Positions 27,115 through 37,857 are shown, counted from the first letter of the stretch. The stretch: DNA of 64,000 nt from Spirochaetia bacterium (GCA_963675665.1 OY776510.1:4672001-4736000), one strand, 5' to 3'. Notes: generated by a model from the sequence alone, not told the origin. Numbers and translations: made by a program.

Positions 27115-30100
27115 CTAAAAACCTCCGTTTGAAAGGATGTAGCACAGCACTGTGAATATAACTATCTGCAAAAGATAGGTCTGGCCGTTGCCCGAGTATA
27201 TTCGTCTGAAAAATCCTGCAATAGAGTGCAGCAGATCAGTAATGGAGTTCCAGAATTTTGTCGTCAGCGGATATTCAAGAAAACCGACGGCCTTGCGATA
27301 ATGAGCAAACATATTATACGCGAAATGAGTTGTTTCAGGCCTTGCCGGCCGCTCGGCGGCATATACAATATTGAACTGTTTGATTTTCTGGTTTCCACGG
27401 TTGGAAACAAGCAGAATAATAAAATACAGCGCAAAAAGGCCCATAAAGACCCACATAACGGCCTCTCCGTTCCAGTACCCGTACTCGGAGACAGCCAAAC
27501 CTCCTGACCAGCTCAGGGCGCCTTCCGGATGGAATTCCGAAATGATATCTCCTATCGGCCTCAGGAATGCTCCCGGAAAGAACGACAGGTACATTACTAC
27601 CAGTATCAAAAGAATCTGCGGCAATATAAGCCAGAACGGCGCTTCTTTAACTTTACGGTGCTGATCTTTCAGCTGCCCGAGAAAAATCGCGGCAATCAGC
27701 CTGAACAGATACAGAAAAGCAACAAGACCGGCTACCCCACCGACAACTCCCTGAAGCAGCCAGCCCTTCTCTATTACCGCGTTATAGGTAAGCCAGCGGC
27801 CGCTGAATCCCGCCAGGGGAGGAATTCCCGATAGTGCAATTATACTGACAAGCACGGTAAAAAAGCTTACCGGCATCCGGGTTATAAGTCCCCCCATCTG
27901 GTACATATTGCGCGTCTTCACCCTGTGAACGACCCCTCCGATTGCCAGGAAAAGCACAACCTTGTAGATAAAATGAACAATCGAAAGAGACAGCGCCGAC
28001 AGCCAGCCCAGGTGAGACAACAACGATATGCCGAAAAGCGCGTAGCCCATCTGGCCGATGCTCGAGTATGCAAGAAGACGCTTGGCGTCCTCCTGCATCG
28101 CCGCGAGGTAATTCGCTATAAGGGCTGTAAGAACGCCTACCCAGCTGAGTACATACGGAATATTTATTTTTCCGATAAACTGGTCTCCGAATGCAATAAA
28201 AGTCATTAGAAGTCCAAACACCCCGGCTTTCAAAAGAATACCTGAAACCATCGGGGAGACATCCGTTTCGGCTTCGGCATGCGCACCCGGCAGCCATATA
28301 TGCAGACCGGCCGAGGCTGTTTTCGTCATGAAGCCGACGGCCAGCAGCAGGGTTATAATGCCCGAAAAGCTGCTTGAGGACGCTTCCGCCAGCATTGTCA
28401 GAGCAATTGACGATGTCCCGGTTTCGGCATAAACCGCTGAGAATCCGGACATAATCAGGTAGGCTCCTCCGAGCGAAAAGAGCATATAACTTAAGGCATG
28501 AGGCTTGGATTTTTTACCCCTCAGGATAAGAAAATATGAGCCCAGTGTCATTAATTCCCAGAAGAAGAAAAAGCTAAGCATATCGGCGGCTTCGATTATT
28601 CCCACAAGGCCTGCAAACATCATGGTCACGGACGGGTAAAAACCGGGGCGTCGGCCCTTTTTCATAAACCCGGGAAGCAGAGTTATCACGGCGCCGATGA
28701 TGAAAATGGCCGCAAATATTGATTTATAACCTTCAATCTCACTAAGCAGGGGGTAGCCGTACCAGCCGACCGCTGCAATAAGCAATATATTCTTTACTAC
28801 GGCCGGCAGAAAATCCAGCAGCAGAATTGCCAGGACTGCCGCCGGAAGCAGCCAGTTTATGCTGTTCTCAAAAACAGACAACTCGGCCGACAGATACCCG
28901 AGAACAACAAGGGCTGCCGAGCCTGCGATAACCGGTAAAAGAGTGCCGAAGCGCAGATCGATTGAATCTTCTTCATTGTAAGAATCTTTAACGGCGTTGC
29001 CGAACCAGCGCATGAGATAAACCGCCTCAAGCAGTCCACCGCCCAAAATAACGAAAATCCAGGCATATTGCCCCTTTGAAGCCAGAGCAGTTATCAGGTC
29101 CCATTTGGCAAAGAAAGACGGAAACGGCGGAAGGCCGAGAAGCGCGCCCACGGCTATTGCAAATACCACAATAAGGATATTACGTTTTCGGATAACACCC
29201 CATTCATTAATTGATTCCCTGTTGATAATGCCTGCAAGCCAGAAAAGCACCGCCTTGGCTATAGCGTGCGTAATCAGAAGTCCGAGAACTATCAGTTCGC
29301 CGTTCACAATTCCAAGGGATTTCACAAGGGCAAAAACAAGCATAATGAGACCAATCTGGGAGATGGAAGAATAACCCAGCAATCTGCGCGCTGTAACCTG
29401 CTTCAGGGCAATAATGTTCATTCCGATAAACGTAATTACCCCGATATACATTGCGGCATCGATAAATATTCCACCGGTAAGATCGGTAACCTTCATAAAG
29501 GCGTAAAACATGGCCGTAGCGGTTCCGCCGGCTATCATTGCGCTAACCGGCGGTATCGAAGCCTGGTAAACATCAAGGCCCCAGCCGTTGGCCGGAAAAG
29601 GCTTTAATTCAAGCACTACGCCGATAAACACCAGGAAAAGGCCCGCATAACCGCCCGAAGCAAGAGCGGGTGTCATCATTCCCGAGATAACGTCGATATT
29701 AAGCGAACCTGTCTGATAATATGTAAAAATTATGCCGATCAGCATAAATCCGCTTGCAAGTGCGCCTGCAATAATAAACTTGAACCCCGCACCCAGCTGT
29801 TTTAGATCGGATTTCAACGCAATAAGTCCGGCAGACGCAATGCTGACGATCTCAATAAAAACAAAGAGGTTAAAAAGGTCCCTGGTCAGAATAATACCGT
29901 TCAGGCCCATCGTAAAAACAAGCACAAGCATAAACATATATACTGAAGCCTGTTTGTACTTCCGGCCGAAATGCATTGTGCTTAAAAACGCCGTAAGATT
30001 AACCAGAAGCAATAATACTGATTCTATTTTCCCCATGTATAGATTAATTGATAACGGGGGCGCCATCCCTGCCGTAAAAATCCCGGCGCCGTCAACTGAG

Positions 30101-30261
30101 CCGGAGATTATTCCGTAAGCCCACTGCCCGGAGATAAAAATCATTCCTGCAAGCGCCGCAAGCGTCAAAACTGTCTGAACAACAGTTCCGGCTTTTCTTA
30201 AAAGCCCGAGAAAAAAAGCTGTTCCGAGGGCTGTTACTATAAGATAAATCGGTTCTACCAT
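27115..30261 (-). CDS. Fused double MrpD/MbxH-H'-like antiporter subunit (1048 aa)
   Basis: Two proton-antiporter repeats: DLFNLFVFIE..RRLLGYSSISQIG and FFFFWE..LHIWLPGAH..KRLLAYSSIGQMG. Confidence 0.9.
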   Translation of the reverse strand: MVEPIYLIVTALGTAFFLGLLRKAGTVVQTVLTLAALAGMIFISGQWAYGIISGSVDGAGIFTAGMAPPLSINLYMGKIESVLLLLVNLTAFLSTMHFGRKYKQASVYMFMLVLVFTMGLNGIILTRDLFNLFVFIEIVSIASAGLIALKSDLKQLGAGFKFIIAGALASGFMLIGIIFTYYQTGSLNIDVISGMMTPALASGGYAGLFLVFIGVVLELKPFPANGWGLDVYQASIPPVSAMIAGGTATAMFYAFMKVTDLTGGIFIDAAMYIGVITFIGMNIIALKQVTARRLLGYSSISQIGLIMLVFALVKSLGIVNGELIVLGLLITHAIAKAVLFWLAGIINRESINEWGVIRKRNILIVVFAIAVGALLGLPPFPSFFAKWDLITALASKGQYAWIFVILGGGLLEAVYLMRWFGNAVKDSYNEEDSIDLRFGTLLPVIAGSAALVVLGYLSAELSVFENSINWLLPAAVLAILLLDFLPAVVKNILLIAAVGWYGYPLLSEIEGYKSIFAAIFIIGAVITLLPGFMKKGRRPGFYPSVTMMFAGLVGIIEAADMLSFFFFWELMTLGSYFLILRGKKSKPHALSYMLFSLGGAYLIMSGFSAVYAETGTSSIALTMLAEASSSSFSGIITLLLAVGFMTKTASAGLHIWLPGAHAEAETDVSPMVSGILLKAGVFGLLMTFIAFGDQFIGKINIPYVLSWVGVLTALIANYLAAMQEDAKRLLAYSSIGQMGYALFGISLLSHLGWLSALSLSIVHFIYKVVLFLAIGGVVHRVKTRNMYQMGGLITRMPVSFFTVLVSIIALSGIPPLAGFSGRWLTYNAVIEKGWLLQGVVGGVAGLVAFLYLFRLIAAIFLGQLKDQHRKVKEAPFWLILPQILLILVVMYLSFFPGAFLRPIGDIISEFHPEGALSWSGGLAVSEYGYWNGEAVMWVFMGLFALYFIILLVSNRGNQKIKQFNIVYAAERPARPETTHFAYNMFAHYRKAVGFLEYPLTTKFWNSITDLLHSIAGFFRRIYSGNGQTYLLQIVIFTVLCYILSNGGF

Positions 30262-30605
30262 TTCAGCTCCTCAAATTTATCAATCTCGAGCGTGCCTTTC
30301 CTGTTGTACATATTAACAGCATAAGTAAGCATAAAAGCGGTTATACCGAGTCCTATGACTATCGCCGTAAGCACCAGAGCCTGGGGCACCGGGTCAACAT
30401 AAGACACGCCGACTTCCGACAGACCGGAAATTATCGGGGCTTCGCCGCCGCTGATATATCCGACTGCAATCATAAGAATGTGAATTCCCAAATCAAAGAT
30501 TGAAAAACCCACTATCATGCGGATTATATCCTTGTTTGTAAGCGCGCCCCACAATCCGACAAGGACAAGGACTGCACCTGTTGATACCGCAACTGTTCCA
30601 ATCAT
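30255..30605 (-). CDS. MrpC/MnhC-like subunit
   Basis: DPVPQALVLTAIVIG. Confidence 0.93.
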   Translation of the reverse strand: MIGTVAVSTGAVLVLVGLWGALTNKDIIRMIVGFSIFDLGIHILMIAVGYISGGEAPIISGLSEVGVSYVDPVPQALVLTAIVIGLGITAFMLTYAVNMYNRKGTLEIDKFEELKW

Positions 30606-31306
30606 CCTTCTTCCTCCTCTGCAGTTTCACCATTCAGAGAAATAACAACAGAACTCAACTCGGAACCGACCTTCAGTCCTATTACCGAGTAAATGACGGG
30701 AATAAGACCTGCGCTGAACAGGGTTCCGAACTCTCCGAGCGGAACAATACGGTTATCAAGAAAACCGTTGGCTATCAGGACCGCGCCGGCGGCGCCGAGA
30801 CCGACAAAAGCCATGCCGGAGATCGATTCGATAACGGACAGCACCGAATGCCCGATTTTTCTGTTCGGATTTGCAAGAACGGTAAGGACCACTCCCGACG
30901 CAATAATAGCGCCGCCCTGAAAACCTCCGCCCGGGCTTAAGTGGCCGTTTATAAACACATAGACTCCGAATAAAAGAATCAACGGAAATAACAGAGACGA
31001 GGCAGTTTTCAAAATCTCGCTGCCCTCTCGGCGCATTTCATTTTCATTTTTATTAAGGTGAATAAGCAGGCCCACCACAGCTGCGGCTGCAAAAAGAATT
31101 GTAACTTCGCCGAGGGTATCCAGACCCCGGTAGGTCACAACTACAGAGGTAACGATATTGGCCGAACCCAGTTCCGAAGGCCCTTTCTCAATGTAATGGG
31201 ACGAAACCTCAGGCAATTCGTCTTTAACGGTAAAACCGGATATAAAGCCGAACATTATCAGGCCCAATGAAATTATCATCAATAAAGTAAACGCTTTTCT
31301 AACCAT
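30602..31306 (-). CDS. MrpB/MnhB-like subunit
   Basis: NIVTSVV..YRGLDTLGE, GHLSPGGGFQGG. Confidence 0.93.
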   Translation of the reverse strand: MVRKAFTLLMIISLGLIMFGFISGFTVKDELPEVSSHYIEKGPSELGSANIVTSVVVTYRGLDTLGEVTILFAAAAVVGLLIHLNKNENEMRREGSEILKTASSLLFPLILLFGVYVFINGHLSPGGGFQGGAIIASGVVLTVLANPNRKIGHSVLSVIESISGMAFVGLGAAGAVLIANGFLDNRIVPLGEFGTLFSAGLIPVIYSVIGLKVGSELSSVVISLNGETAEEEEG

Positions 31307-31541
31307 TGTCGCGGCTCCTTATTTTCCTGAGGGCAAAAAAGAAGATGAAGGTTGTTAACCCGCTGCCGATGGCTGCTTCCGTCATTGCGACATCAGGGGC
31401 CGCCATAATGATGAAAAGTATTGATGCAAACAAACCCGCAGCTCCGCCTGCAAGCACTGCAACAATCCTGTCCTTAACTATTACCGCAGTCAGAGCCATA
31501 ATTACTGTAAGTACCGATATAATAATAAAGATAATCTCCAT
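31299..31541 (-). CDS. MrpA/B-associated small subunit (DUF4040/MbhD-like)
   Basis: APDVAMTEAAIGSG. Confidence 0.9.
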   Translation of the reverse strand: MEIIFIIISVLTVIMALTAVIVKDRIVAVLAGGAAGLFASILFIIMAAPDVAMTEAAIGSGLTTFIFFFALRKIRSRDNG

Positions 31542-31543
31542 AA

Positions 31544-31870
31544 TCAGACTTCCTCCCCGATTTTTTCATCAAGCTTGTCCTCAATTGTCAAAGGACTCAT
31601 CGGCTCTCCGCTGAAATGGGCCGCCCGGGCAACCACGTGAGAAGAAACCGGGTTTGTGAGAATTATGAAAATAAGCAGAATTACAAGTTTAGGAATCCAG
31701 CCGGGGATCATCAGCGCAATTCCGGCAAGCACAAAAATAGTGCCCAGCGTTGTTGCCTTGGTTCCGGTCTGTATCCTGTTATACACATCAGGCATCCTGA
31801 TCACACCTAGGGCACTGAGGAAAAAGATAACTGAACCGATTAGCACAAGAATAGAACCTGCAGTTTCCAT
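31544..31870 (-). CDS. MrpG/MnhG-like subunit
   Basis: RMPDVYNR, TKATTLG, TNPVSSH. Confidence 0.93.
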   Translation of the reverse strand: METAGSILVLIGSVIFFLSALGVIRMPDVYNRIQTGTKATTLGTIFVLAGIALMIPGWIPKLVILLIFIILTNPVSSHVVARAAHFSGEPMSPLTIEDKLDEKIGEEV

Positions 31871-32130
31871 TACAGCCCCCTCTCGTAATATCGCGCAACA
31901 ACAAGAACACCCAGGAAGCTCAGCAACCCGTATACAAGCGCAACATCAATATAGATAAATTTTCTGAACCAGTATGCAAACATCGCAATAAGCGAAATTG
32001 CAATAATGCTGATTACATCAAACGCAACAACCCGGTCCAGAACCGAAGGCCCTTTTATAAACCTTATTAACGCGATAAAAATACTCAACAGAGAAATAAT
32101 CGCCGCGATAAGAATAATTTTGTCAGCCAA
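31870..32130 (-). CDS. MrpF/MnhF-like subunit
   Basis: GPSVLDRVVAFD, IDVALVY; TTG start after GGAGGT SD. Confidence 0.92.
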   Translation of the reverse strand: MADKIILIAAIISLLSIFIALIRFIKGPSVLDRVVAFDVISIIAISLIAMFAYWFRKFIYIDVALVYGLLSFLGVLVVARYYERGL

Positions 32131-32614
32131 AGAGCACCTCCAGATATCTTTCAAATTTCCGGACTATCTTTTCGGTTGCCCCGTCTATATCAACGGACGA
32201 TGCGTCAATCCAGTGAATATACAGCGTATCGTCCCTGATATCTGTGGTGAGTGTTCCGGGAGTAAGGGTAATTGAGTTGGCAAGAGCAAGCCTGCCCAGG
32301 CGGGACTTCAACCCGGTTTTGACCTCGACAATGGCGGGGTTTATCCTGACCTTTGGAGAAACAACCCTGGACATTACATCGATATTGGATTTTACAAGTT
32401 CTATAAAAAAAACGACTAACCATGCAATGAGCGCAAAAAATGCCTTCGGGGTCAGTCGAACTTCTTTAAAAATACCTGAACCGATATAAAAGAGAGATGT
32501 TATCACTGTTATTATAATACCGGTAATAACAACTTCCTGACTCAACGTCCCGTTGAGGCCAAGCCAGATAAGCAGCCCCGGAACGAGAGCAATGAAAGCG
32601 GCTTTGAATTTCAC
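32123..32614 (-). CDS. MrpE/MnhE-like subunit
   Basis: LANSITLTPGT, LYIHWID. Confidence 0.93.
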   Translation of the reverse strand: MKFKAAFIALVPGLLIWLGLNGTLSQEVVITGIIITVITSLFYIGSGIFKEVRLTPKAFFALIAWLVVFFIELVKSNIDVMSRVVSPKVRINPAIVEVKTGLKSRLGRLALANSITLTPGTLTTDIRDDTLYIHWIDASSVDIDGATEKIVRKFERYLEVLFG

Positions 32615-32813
32615 CTCGATCCTCCGTTTATTAACTGATACAATAAATCTTAGTCAATCAATTCTGCAAAATCAAATTTTATCGTCAGTATGTATCTATA
32701 TATTATATTTTTACTCATGTTTATCTATATGTCAATATCTATATACTATTATCTTTATATAATTGATGTTTTATTTTTAATTCTAATACCGCCGCATTGT
32801 TCCGCGCCTGAAT

Positions 32814-32846
32814 AAAAAAAGCCCCTTTTAAAAAAAGGAGCTTTTT
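32814..32846. terminator. Bidirectional terminator downstream of the GH4 gene
   Basis: AAAAAAAGCCCCTTTT-loop-AAAAGGAGCTTTTT. Confidence 0.7.
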
Positions 32847-32876
32847 CGGCTGTCGCAGAGTTCAGGCAGTCTTTAA

Positions 32877-34256
32877 TTATTTCAAATACGATATAAATTC
32901 TCTATGAGCATCAAAAAGCTCATCAGTCATATCCCACATTTCATCAAGGTTCATAATCGAACTTGCGAGAGGATCCAGCATTACAGCATGATAAACATTC
33001 TCTCTTTTCCTCTGCAAAGCCGCTTCTATTGCCAGCATCTGCACATTTATATTGCTTCGATTATAAGCTGCAAGCTGTTCCGGCAAATTCCCGATATATG
33101 TAGGCTGTACTGCATTTTTATTTATCAGGCAGGGAACTTCAACACAGCAATTATACGGCAAATTCGGAATCAAGTTAGTGTTCAAGACATTCCCGTTAAT
33201 ATTACAATCAACACCGGTTTCTATTGAATGTATAATATAACCTGCATACTCCTGGCTTGTATCGACATACAACTCCCGGCCGCTTTCAATTTTTGTCTTT
33301 ATATCATCAAATTCCTCAATATTGATTTTACATCGCCTGATGTATTCATTAATCGGTATAGAGTATTTCTTAATCAGTTCTTCATCTTTGATAAAATACG
33401 GGCAATATTCAGCATTATGCTCACTGGATTCTGTGACAAAATAGCCGAGCCTGTACATCATTTCAAAACGAACTTTGTCTGTTAAAAAAGTCTCAGCAGC
33501 ACTATCCTTGAAATTCTCTCTGAACCAGGTATCACTGCCTTTATATGCATAGAGATGCTCCGGAACAAAATCAGGATCCTTGTCAATTTTCCGCTTAAGC
33601 TGATGCAGTTTTTGATAACAATTTTCTCCTTTATGCATTAAAGAAAGAAACCACGCCTGATGATTAATTCCGGCTACTTTTACCTGCAATTCTTCATACG
33701 GTATATTTAAGTAAAGAGCCAGCTGTTTTGTTGTTGTCTGAACACTATGACATAACCCCACATACTTCAATCCTTCATATTTTCTGAGCACATATCCGGA
33801 AAGAATTGCCATTGGATTTGTATAATTCAGCAAGACAGCATCAGGATTTATATCCTGCATGGCAGAACATATCTCATCAAGAACCGGGATGGTTCTCAGG
33901 CCCCTGAATACTCCACCTATACCCATAGTATCTGCAATAGTCTGTTTCAATCCGTATTTTTCGGGTATCTGAAAGTCTACCAAAGTAGATTTAAATCCGC
34001 CGACCTGAACCAGACAAATGATATAATCCGCACCTTTTACAGCTGTCCGAATACTGTTTGTCGTCTCTATGGATATCCCGCTGCTTTTTTGTTTTGCGAA
34101 CATCCGGGCTACTTTTTCTACCATACCCAAACGTACATTATCTATATCCATTAAGCAAAAAGTACTATCTTTCATTTCCGGAAAACTCATAATATCAATC
34201 ATCAGCTGTTTTGAGAAAACAACACTTCCGGCTCCAATTAAGGAAATTTTGGCCAT
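32877..34256 (-). CDS. melA: GH4 NAD+/Mn-dependent alpha-galactosidase (melibiase)
   Basis: IGAGSVVF, QTIADTMG.GG.FR, NYTNP, GLCHSV, GINH, TESSEH. Confidence 0.88.
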   Translation of the reverse strand: MAKISLIGAGSVVFSKQLMIDIMSFPEMKDSTFCLMDIDNVRLGMVEKVARMFAKQKSSGISIETTNSIRTAVKGADYIICLVQVGGFKSTLVDFQIPEKYGLKQTIADTMGIGGVFRGLRTIPVLDEICSAMQDINPDAVLLNYTNPMAILSGYVLRKYEGLKYVGLCHSVQTTTKQLALYLNIPYEELQVKVAGINHQAWFLSLMHKGENCYQKLHQLKRKIDKDPDFVPEHLYAYKGSDTWFRENFKDSAAETFLTDKVRFEMMYRLGYFVTESSEHNAEYCPYFIKDEELIKKYSIPINEYIRRCKINIEEFDDIKTKIESGRELYVDTSQEYAGYIIHSIETGVDCNINGNVLNTNLIPNLPYNCCVEVPCLINKNAVQPTYIGNLPEQLAAYNRSNINVQMLAIEAALQRKRENVYHAVMLDPLASSIMNLDEMWDMTDELFDAHREFISYLK

Positions 34257-34288
34257 TATTATTACCCCTTGTTATTCAATTGTATTTT

Positions 34289-35272
34289 TTATCGATAAAA
34301 TTCATATTTAAAGTCGACATTCCCAAATGCTGCAAATCCGGGCTTGACAGTCAATAAATGCGCTTCCTTTTTAAAACCCCTTGCATCCAGATTAGGTGCG
34401 TCAGTAGAACATGTCTGCTTTTCAACACAGAAGAAAGGCCGGCCTTTCGGCGTATACACCTGCATATGGGTAAAATCATCAGTTGAATCCATATAAACCC
34501 GCAATGCGATATTTTCGTAATCGATAAATACGCGCCTTTCCGGCAACATCCCTGTAAAACAATTATCCAAATCGAGATCACCTGCTGCTACCGGAGTTCT
34601 TAAATCAAACGGTTGATTCTCAACAGAAAGAAGTTTTCCTGTAGGCAACAGATCATCAGTCAGCTCCATCATATAATCCGCAGGAATACAAATTTTTGAT
34701 TTATCATCATTTCCCAACTTTGAAAAAAACGTATGATATGAGATACCATACGGTAGCTCTTCATCTCCCTGATTCAACAATTCATATCTGATGGAAAATC
34801 CCGCACTATTTAATTTATAAAAAACTTTCAACGTATGTTTGAACGGAAACCCTTCATATACCGGATGCTTTTCATCAACAACAAGCGACGTTTCAAGTTC
34901 AATTCCGTCATCCGATACTACCGGTTCATTACTGTTCCACACTTCATCATATACAAGTGAGTGCAGAAAGATTGGAATTCCATTTTTCTGTTGCCACCGT
35001 TTTTTTCCTTTAAACTCATACCTGCAGTTTCTTAGCCTGTTTGGTATGGGATAAAGAATCGGATTACCGGTATAATATGAAGTCAATGAGAACTGCGGAT
35101 CATAATGCACCACCTCATGTTCCCCAATCCTGAAACAATAAAGATTATTACCTAATTCCGGCGCAATTTTTATTGTTAAATCTTTTGTTCTGCTGTTTTT
35201 CGCTTTATATCCAAGAACCAGCGATGTGGTATTCTCGATTTTGTCAAACGTATGATAAAATTCTGTACGCAC
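34289..35272 (-). CDS. Aldose 1-epimerase family protein
   Basis: PILYP.PNR, H, YHTFF, DLDNCF, FFCVE. Confidence 0.85.
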   Translation of the reverse strand: MRTEFYHTFDKIENTTSLVLGYKAKNSRTKDLTIKIAPELGNNLYCFRIGEHEVVHYDPQFSLTSYYTGNPILYPIPNRLRNCRYEFKGKKRWQQKNGIPIFLHSLVYDEVWNSNEPVVSDDGIELETSLVVDEKHPVYEGFPFKHTLKVFYKLNSAGFSIRYELLNQGDEELPYGISYHTFFSKLGNDDKSKICIPADYMMELTDDLLPTGKLLSVENQPFDLRTPVAAGDLDLDNCFTGMLPERRVFIDYENIALRVYMDSTDDFTHMQVYTPKGRPFFCVEKQTCSTDAPNLDARGFKKEAHLLTVKPGFAAFGNVDFKYEFYR

Positions 35273-35301
35273 GATTATCTCCTGCTAAAAAAGTCGTTTA
35301 A

Positions 35302-36339
35302 TTATTTTTTTTGTACATATTTTTGTGCATCTATTGCTACAGCAAAAATGACGATTGCACCTTTGATGATATAGAGCATGTAGGGGCTGATGCTTATATA
35401 AACCAGTCCGTAATTTATAACCTGGAAGATAAGTACGCCGGTAACAATACCTGAAATAGACCCCACACCTCCCATCAGTGAAACACCGCCTACAACGCAG
35501 GCTGCTATGGCATCAAGTTCATACCCGTTACCCAGGTTATTCGTGGCGCTGCCGGTCCTTGCAGCTTCCAGCGCACCTGCAAATCCATACAGTAAACCGG
35601 CAATAAGATAGATTAAAATAATATTTTTATTGATATTTACACCTGAAACTTCAGCAGCCTCGCTGTTACCGCCAATTGCAAACATATTTCTGCCCAGTTT
35701 TGTTTTATTCCAGATAAACCAAACTAATGCCACTGTGATTGCTGCATATATAATAAGATAGGGAATCGTAAATATTCCCAGATCAATTCCCCCCTGGGCA
35801 AACCGGGAAAAGTTTTTATCCAAACCTCCGATTGGAGATGCTCCGCCGACCTCTTCAAAGTATGTTGAAGCTACGCCATAGAGGATCATCATCATTCCAA
35901 GGGTAGCAATAAACGGCGTTACATGAAATTTCGTAACAATAAAACCGCTGATTGTGGAAAATATCCCGCAGATCAAAACCACAAGTAAAATCGGAATTAT
36001 AATCGGCAATTCGGCAAATTGCGGAAAAATAATATTGGGGTTTGCTATATCCTGAAGAGCTGAAGCTGAAATGACGGCAGCAAGCCCAACCATTCTTCCG
36101 ATAGACAGATCACATCCCCCAAGAACAATTATTCCTCCGACTCCAAGAGCCAGAATGATCCTTGTTGAGGCCTGGGTAAGAATAAATTGAAAATTCTTTA
36201 ATGAAAGGAAAGTGCTGTCAACACAGGCTATAACAATAATTAATACTGCAAGAACTATGTAAATAGCATTATTAACCAGAGTTTTTTTTATATTTTCTTT
36301 TTGAAAACTATATCTTATCTTTTCGACAGCTGGTATCAC
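35302..36339 (-). CDS. mglC: Galactose/methyl-galactoside ABC permease
   Basis: QASTRIILALG, DLSIG, PFIATLG, AIGGN.EAA.VSG, YELDAIAACVVGGVS. Confidence 0.9.
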   Translation of the reverse strand: MIPAVEKIRYSFQKENIKKTLVNNAIYIVLAVLIIVIACVDSTFLSLKNFQFILTQASTRIILALGVGGIIVLGGCDLSIGRMVGLAAVISASALQDIANPNIIFPQFAELPIIIPILLVVLICGIFSTISGFIVTKFHVTPFIATLGMMMILYGVASTYFEEVGGASPIGGLDKNFSRFAQGGIDLGIFTIPYLIIYAAITVALVWFIWNKTKLGRNMFAIGGNSEAAEVSGVNINKNIILIYLIAGLLYGFAGALEAARTGSATNNLGNGYELDAIAACVVGGVSLMGGVGSISGIVTGVLIFQVINYGLVYISISPYMLYIIKGAIVIFAVAIDAQKYVQKK

Positions 36340-36354
36340 ATCAAATCTCCCATA

Positions 36355-37857
36355 TTATAAATATTTTCCGGATAACCTAAGGATTTCTTCCTGATTTGTA
36401 TCTTTTGCATTGACAATGCCGGATATTTTCCCGTTGCTCATAACCAATATTCGATCAGCTATCCCTAAAAGTTCCATCATCTCGGATGAAATCATTACTA
36501 TACCTTTTCCACGTTCCGCCAATTCTATTATCAACTGATATATTTCATACTTTGCGCCGACATCTATTCCTCTTGTCGGCTCATCAAGTAGAAGAATCTC
36601 CGGTTCGGTCAGCAACCATCTTCCCAGAATTACTTTCTGTTGATTGCCGCCTGAAAGATACCTAATCAATGTCTTCTGTGAAGGAGTTTTTACCTGCAAA
36701 GAGTTAATTACCCAATCAGTTTTTTCTTTCATCTTTTTTTCATTAAGAACACCGCCGTGTGAACTATAGGCATCAATATTGGCTATGGTTGCATTATCCC
36801 TCACATTAAGTCCTTCAAAAATACCGTTAAATTTTCGCTCTTCAGTCAGAAGGGCAAATCCGTTTTTAATGGACATGCGGCTGTTCCTGTTACGACAATC
36901 TTTCCCGTGCAGAGAGACCTTCCCGGAACGTCTTTTTCTAATCCCGAAGATTGTCTCAACCATCTCGGTTCGTTTCGAACCTTCCAATCCTGCAATACCC
37001 AGGATCTCTCCTTTTCTGAGATTGAAGGTGATATTATCAAGAAGAGGTTCATAAACTGCATTAAGCTGACTAACCTCAAGAAGAGGTTCTCCGGCAACAT
37101 TTGTTTTAGGCGGGAACAGATTTTTCAGTTCACGTCCAACCATCAGGGTTATAATCCTGTCCTTTGTTAAATCTTTCGCCGGGACGGTATCAATCCATTT
37201 CCCGTCGCGCATTACAGTAACTGTATCTGCAATACGTAAAATCTCATCCATCTTGTGAGAAATATATATAATTCCGCATTTTTTTCTTTTAAGTTTATCA
37301 ATAACACGAAATAAGTGATCAACCTCCTTCTCGGTCAACGAAGAAGTTGGCTCATCCATAACGATGATTTTGGCGTTCTGAGATGCTGCTTTTGCAATTT
37401 CAATCATTTGCCGTTCTGAAACCGACAGTCTCTCTACCTTTTCCAGGGGATCCATATCAATCTCAAAATCATCAAAAATCTGCCTTGTTTTTTTCAGCAT
37501 ATTTACTTCATCAATAGCAGGCCCCACACTGGGAAAACGTCCAAGCCAGATATTATCCATAACCCGAAGTTTGGGAACCTGATTCAACTCCTGATGAACC
37601 ATTGCAATACCAAATTCCAGCGCCTGTCTGGTATTAATACATTCAATTGGCGTCCCGTTCATAATAAAACTTCCCGAGTCAGCATGGTACATTCCAAACA
37701 GGCATTTCATCAGAGTTGATTTGCCGGCTCCATTTTCTCCGACAAGAGCATGTACTGTTCCCGATTCAAGGCACAGCTGCGCATCATCCAGGGCCTGCAC
37801 TCCGGGAAAAGCTTTAAAAACATGCGTCATTTCCAGTAGTGTTGAATTGTCAGTCAT
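36355..37857 (-). CDS. mglA: Galactose/methyl-galactoside ABC ATPase
   Basis: Two ABC domains; GENGAGKSTL, DEPTSSL, LSGGNQQK, DEPTRGIDVGAK; start placed at MTDNS. Confidence 0.9.
   Translation of the reverse strand: MTDNSTLLEMTHVFKAFPGVQALDDAQLCLESGTVHALVGENGAGKSTLMKCLFGMYHADSGSFIMNGTPIECINTRQALEFGIAMVHQELNQVPKLRVMDNIWLGRFPSVGPAIDEVNMLKKTRQIFDDFEIDMDPLEKVERLSVSERQMIEIAKAASQNAKIIVMDEPTSSLTEKEVDHLFRVIDKLKRKKCGIIYISHKMDEILRIADTVTVMRDGKWIDTVPAKDLTKDRIITLMVGRELKNLFPPKTNVAGEPLLEVSQLNAVYEPLLDNITFNLRKGEILGIAGLEGSKRTEMVETIFGIRKRRSGKVSLHGKDCRNRNSRMSIKNGFALLTEERKFNGIFEGLNVRDNATIANIDAYSSHGGVLNEKKMKEKTDWVINSLQVKTPSQKTLIRYLSGGNQQKVILGRWLLTEPEILLLDEPTRGIDVGAKYEIYQLIIELAERGKGIVMISSEMMELLGIADRILVMSNGKISGIVNAKDTNQEEILRLSGKYL

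Noticed and set aside
21903-32614. Calling the operon a [NiFe]-hydrogenase (Mbh/Ech) or NADH:quinone oxidoreductase (nuo)
   Set aside because: The large subunit lacks a C-terminal CxxC, there are no hyp genes, no NuoA/E/F/G and no tandem Cys in the NuoB-like subunit
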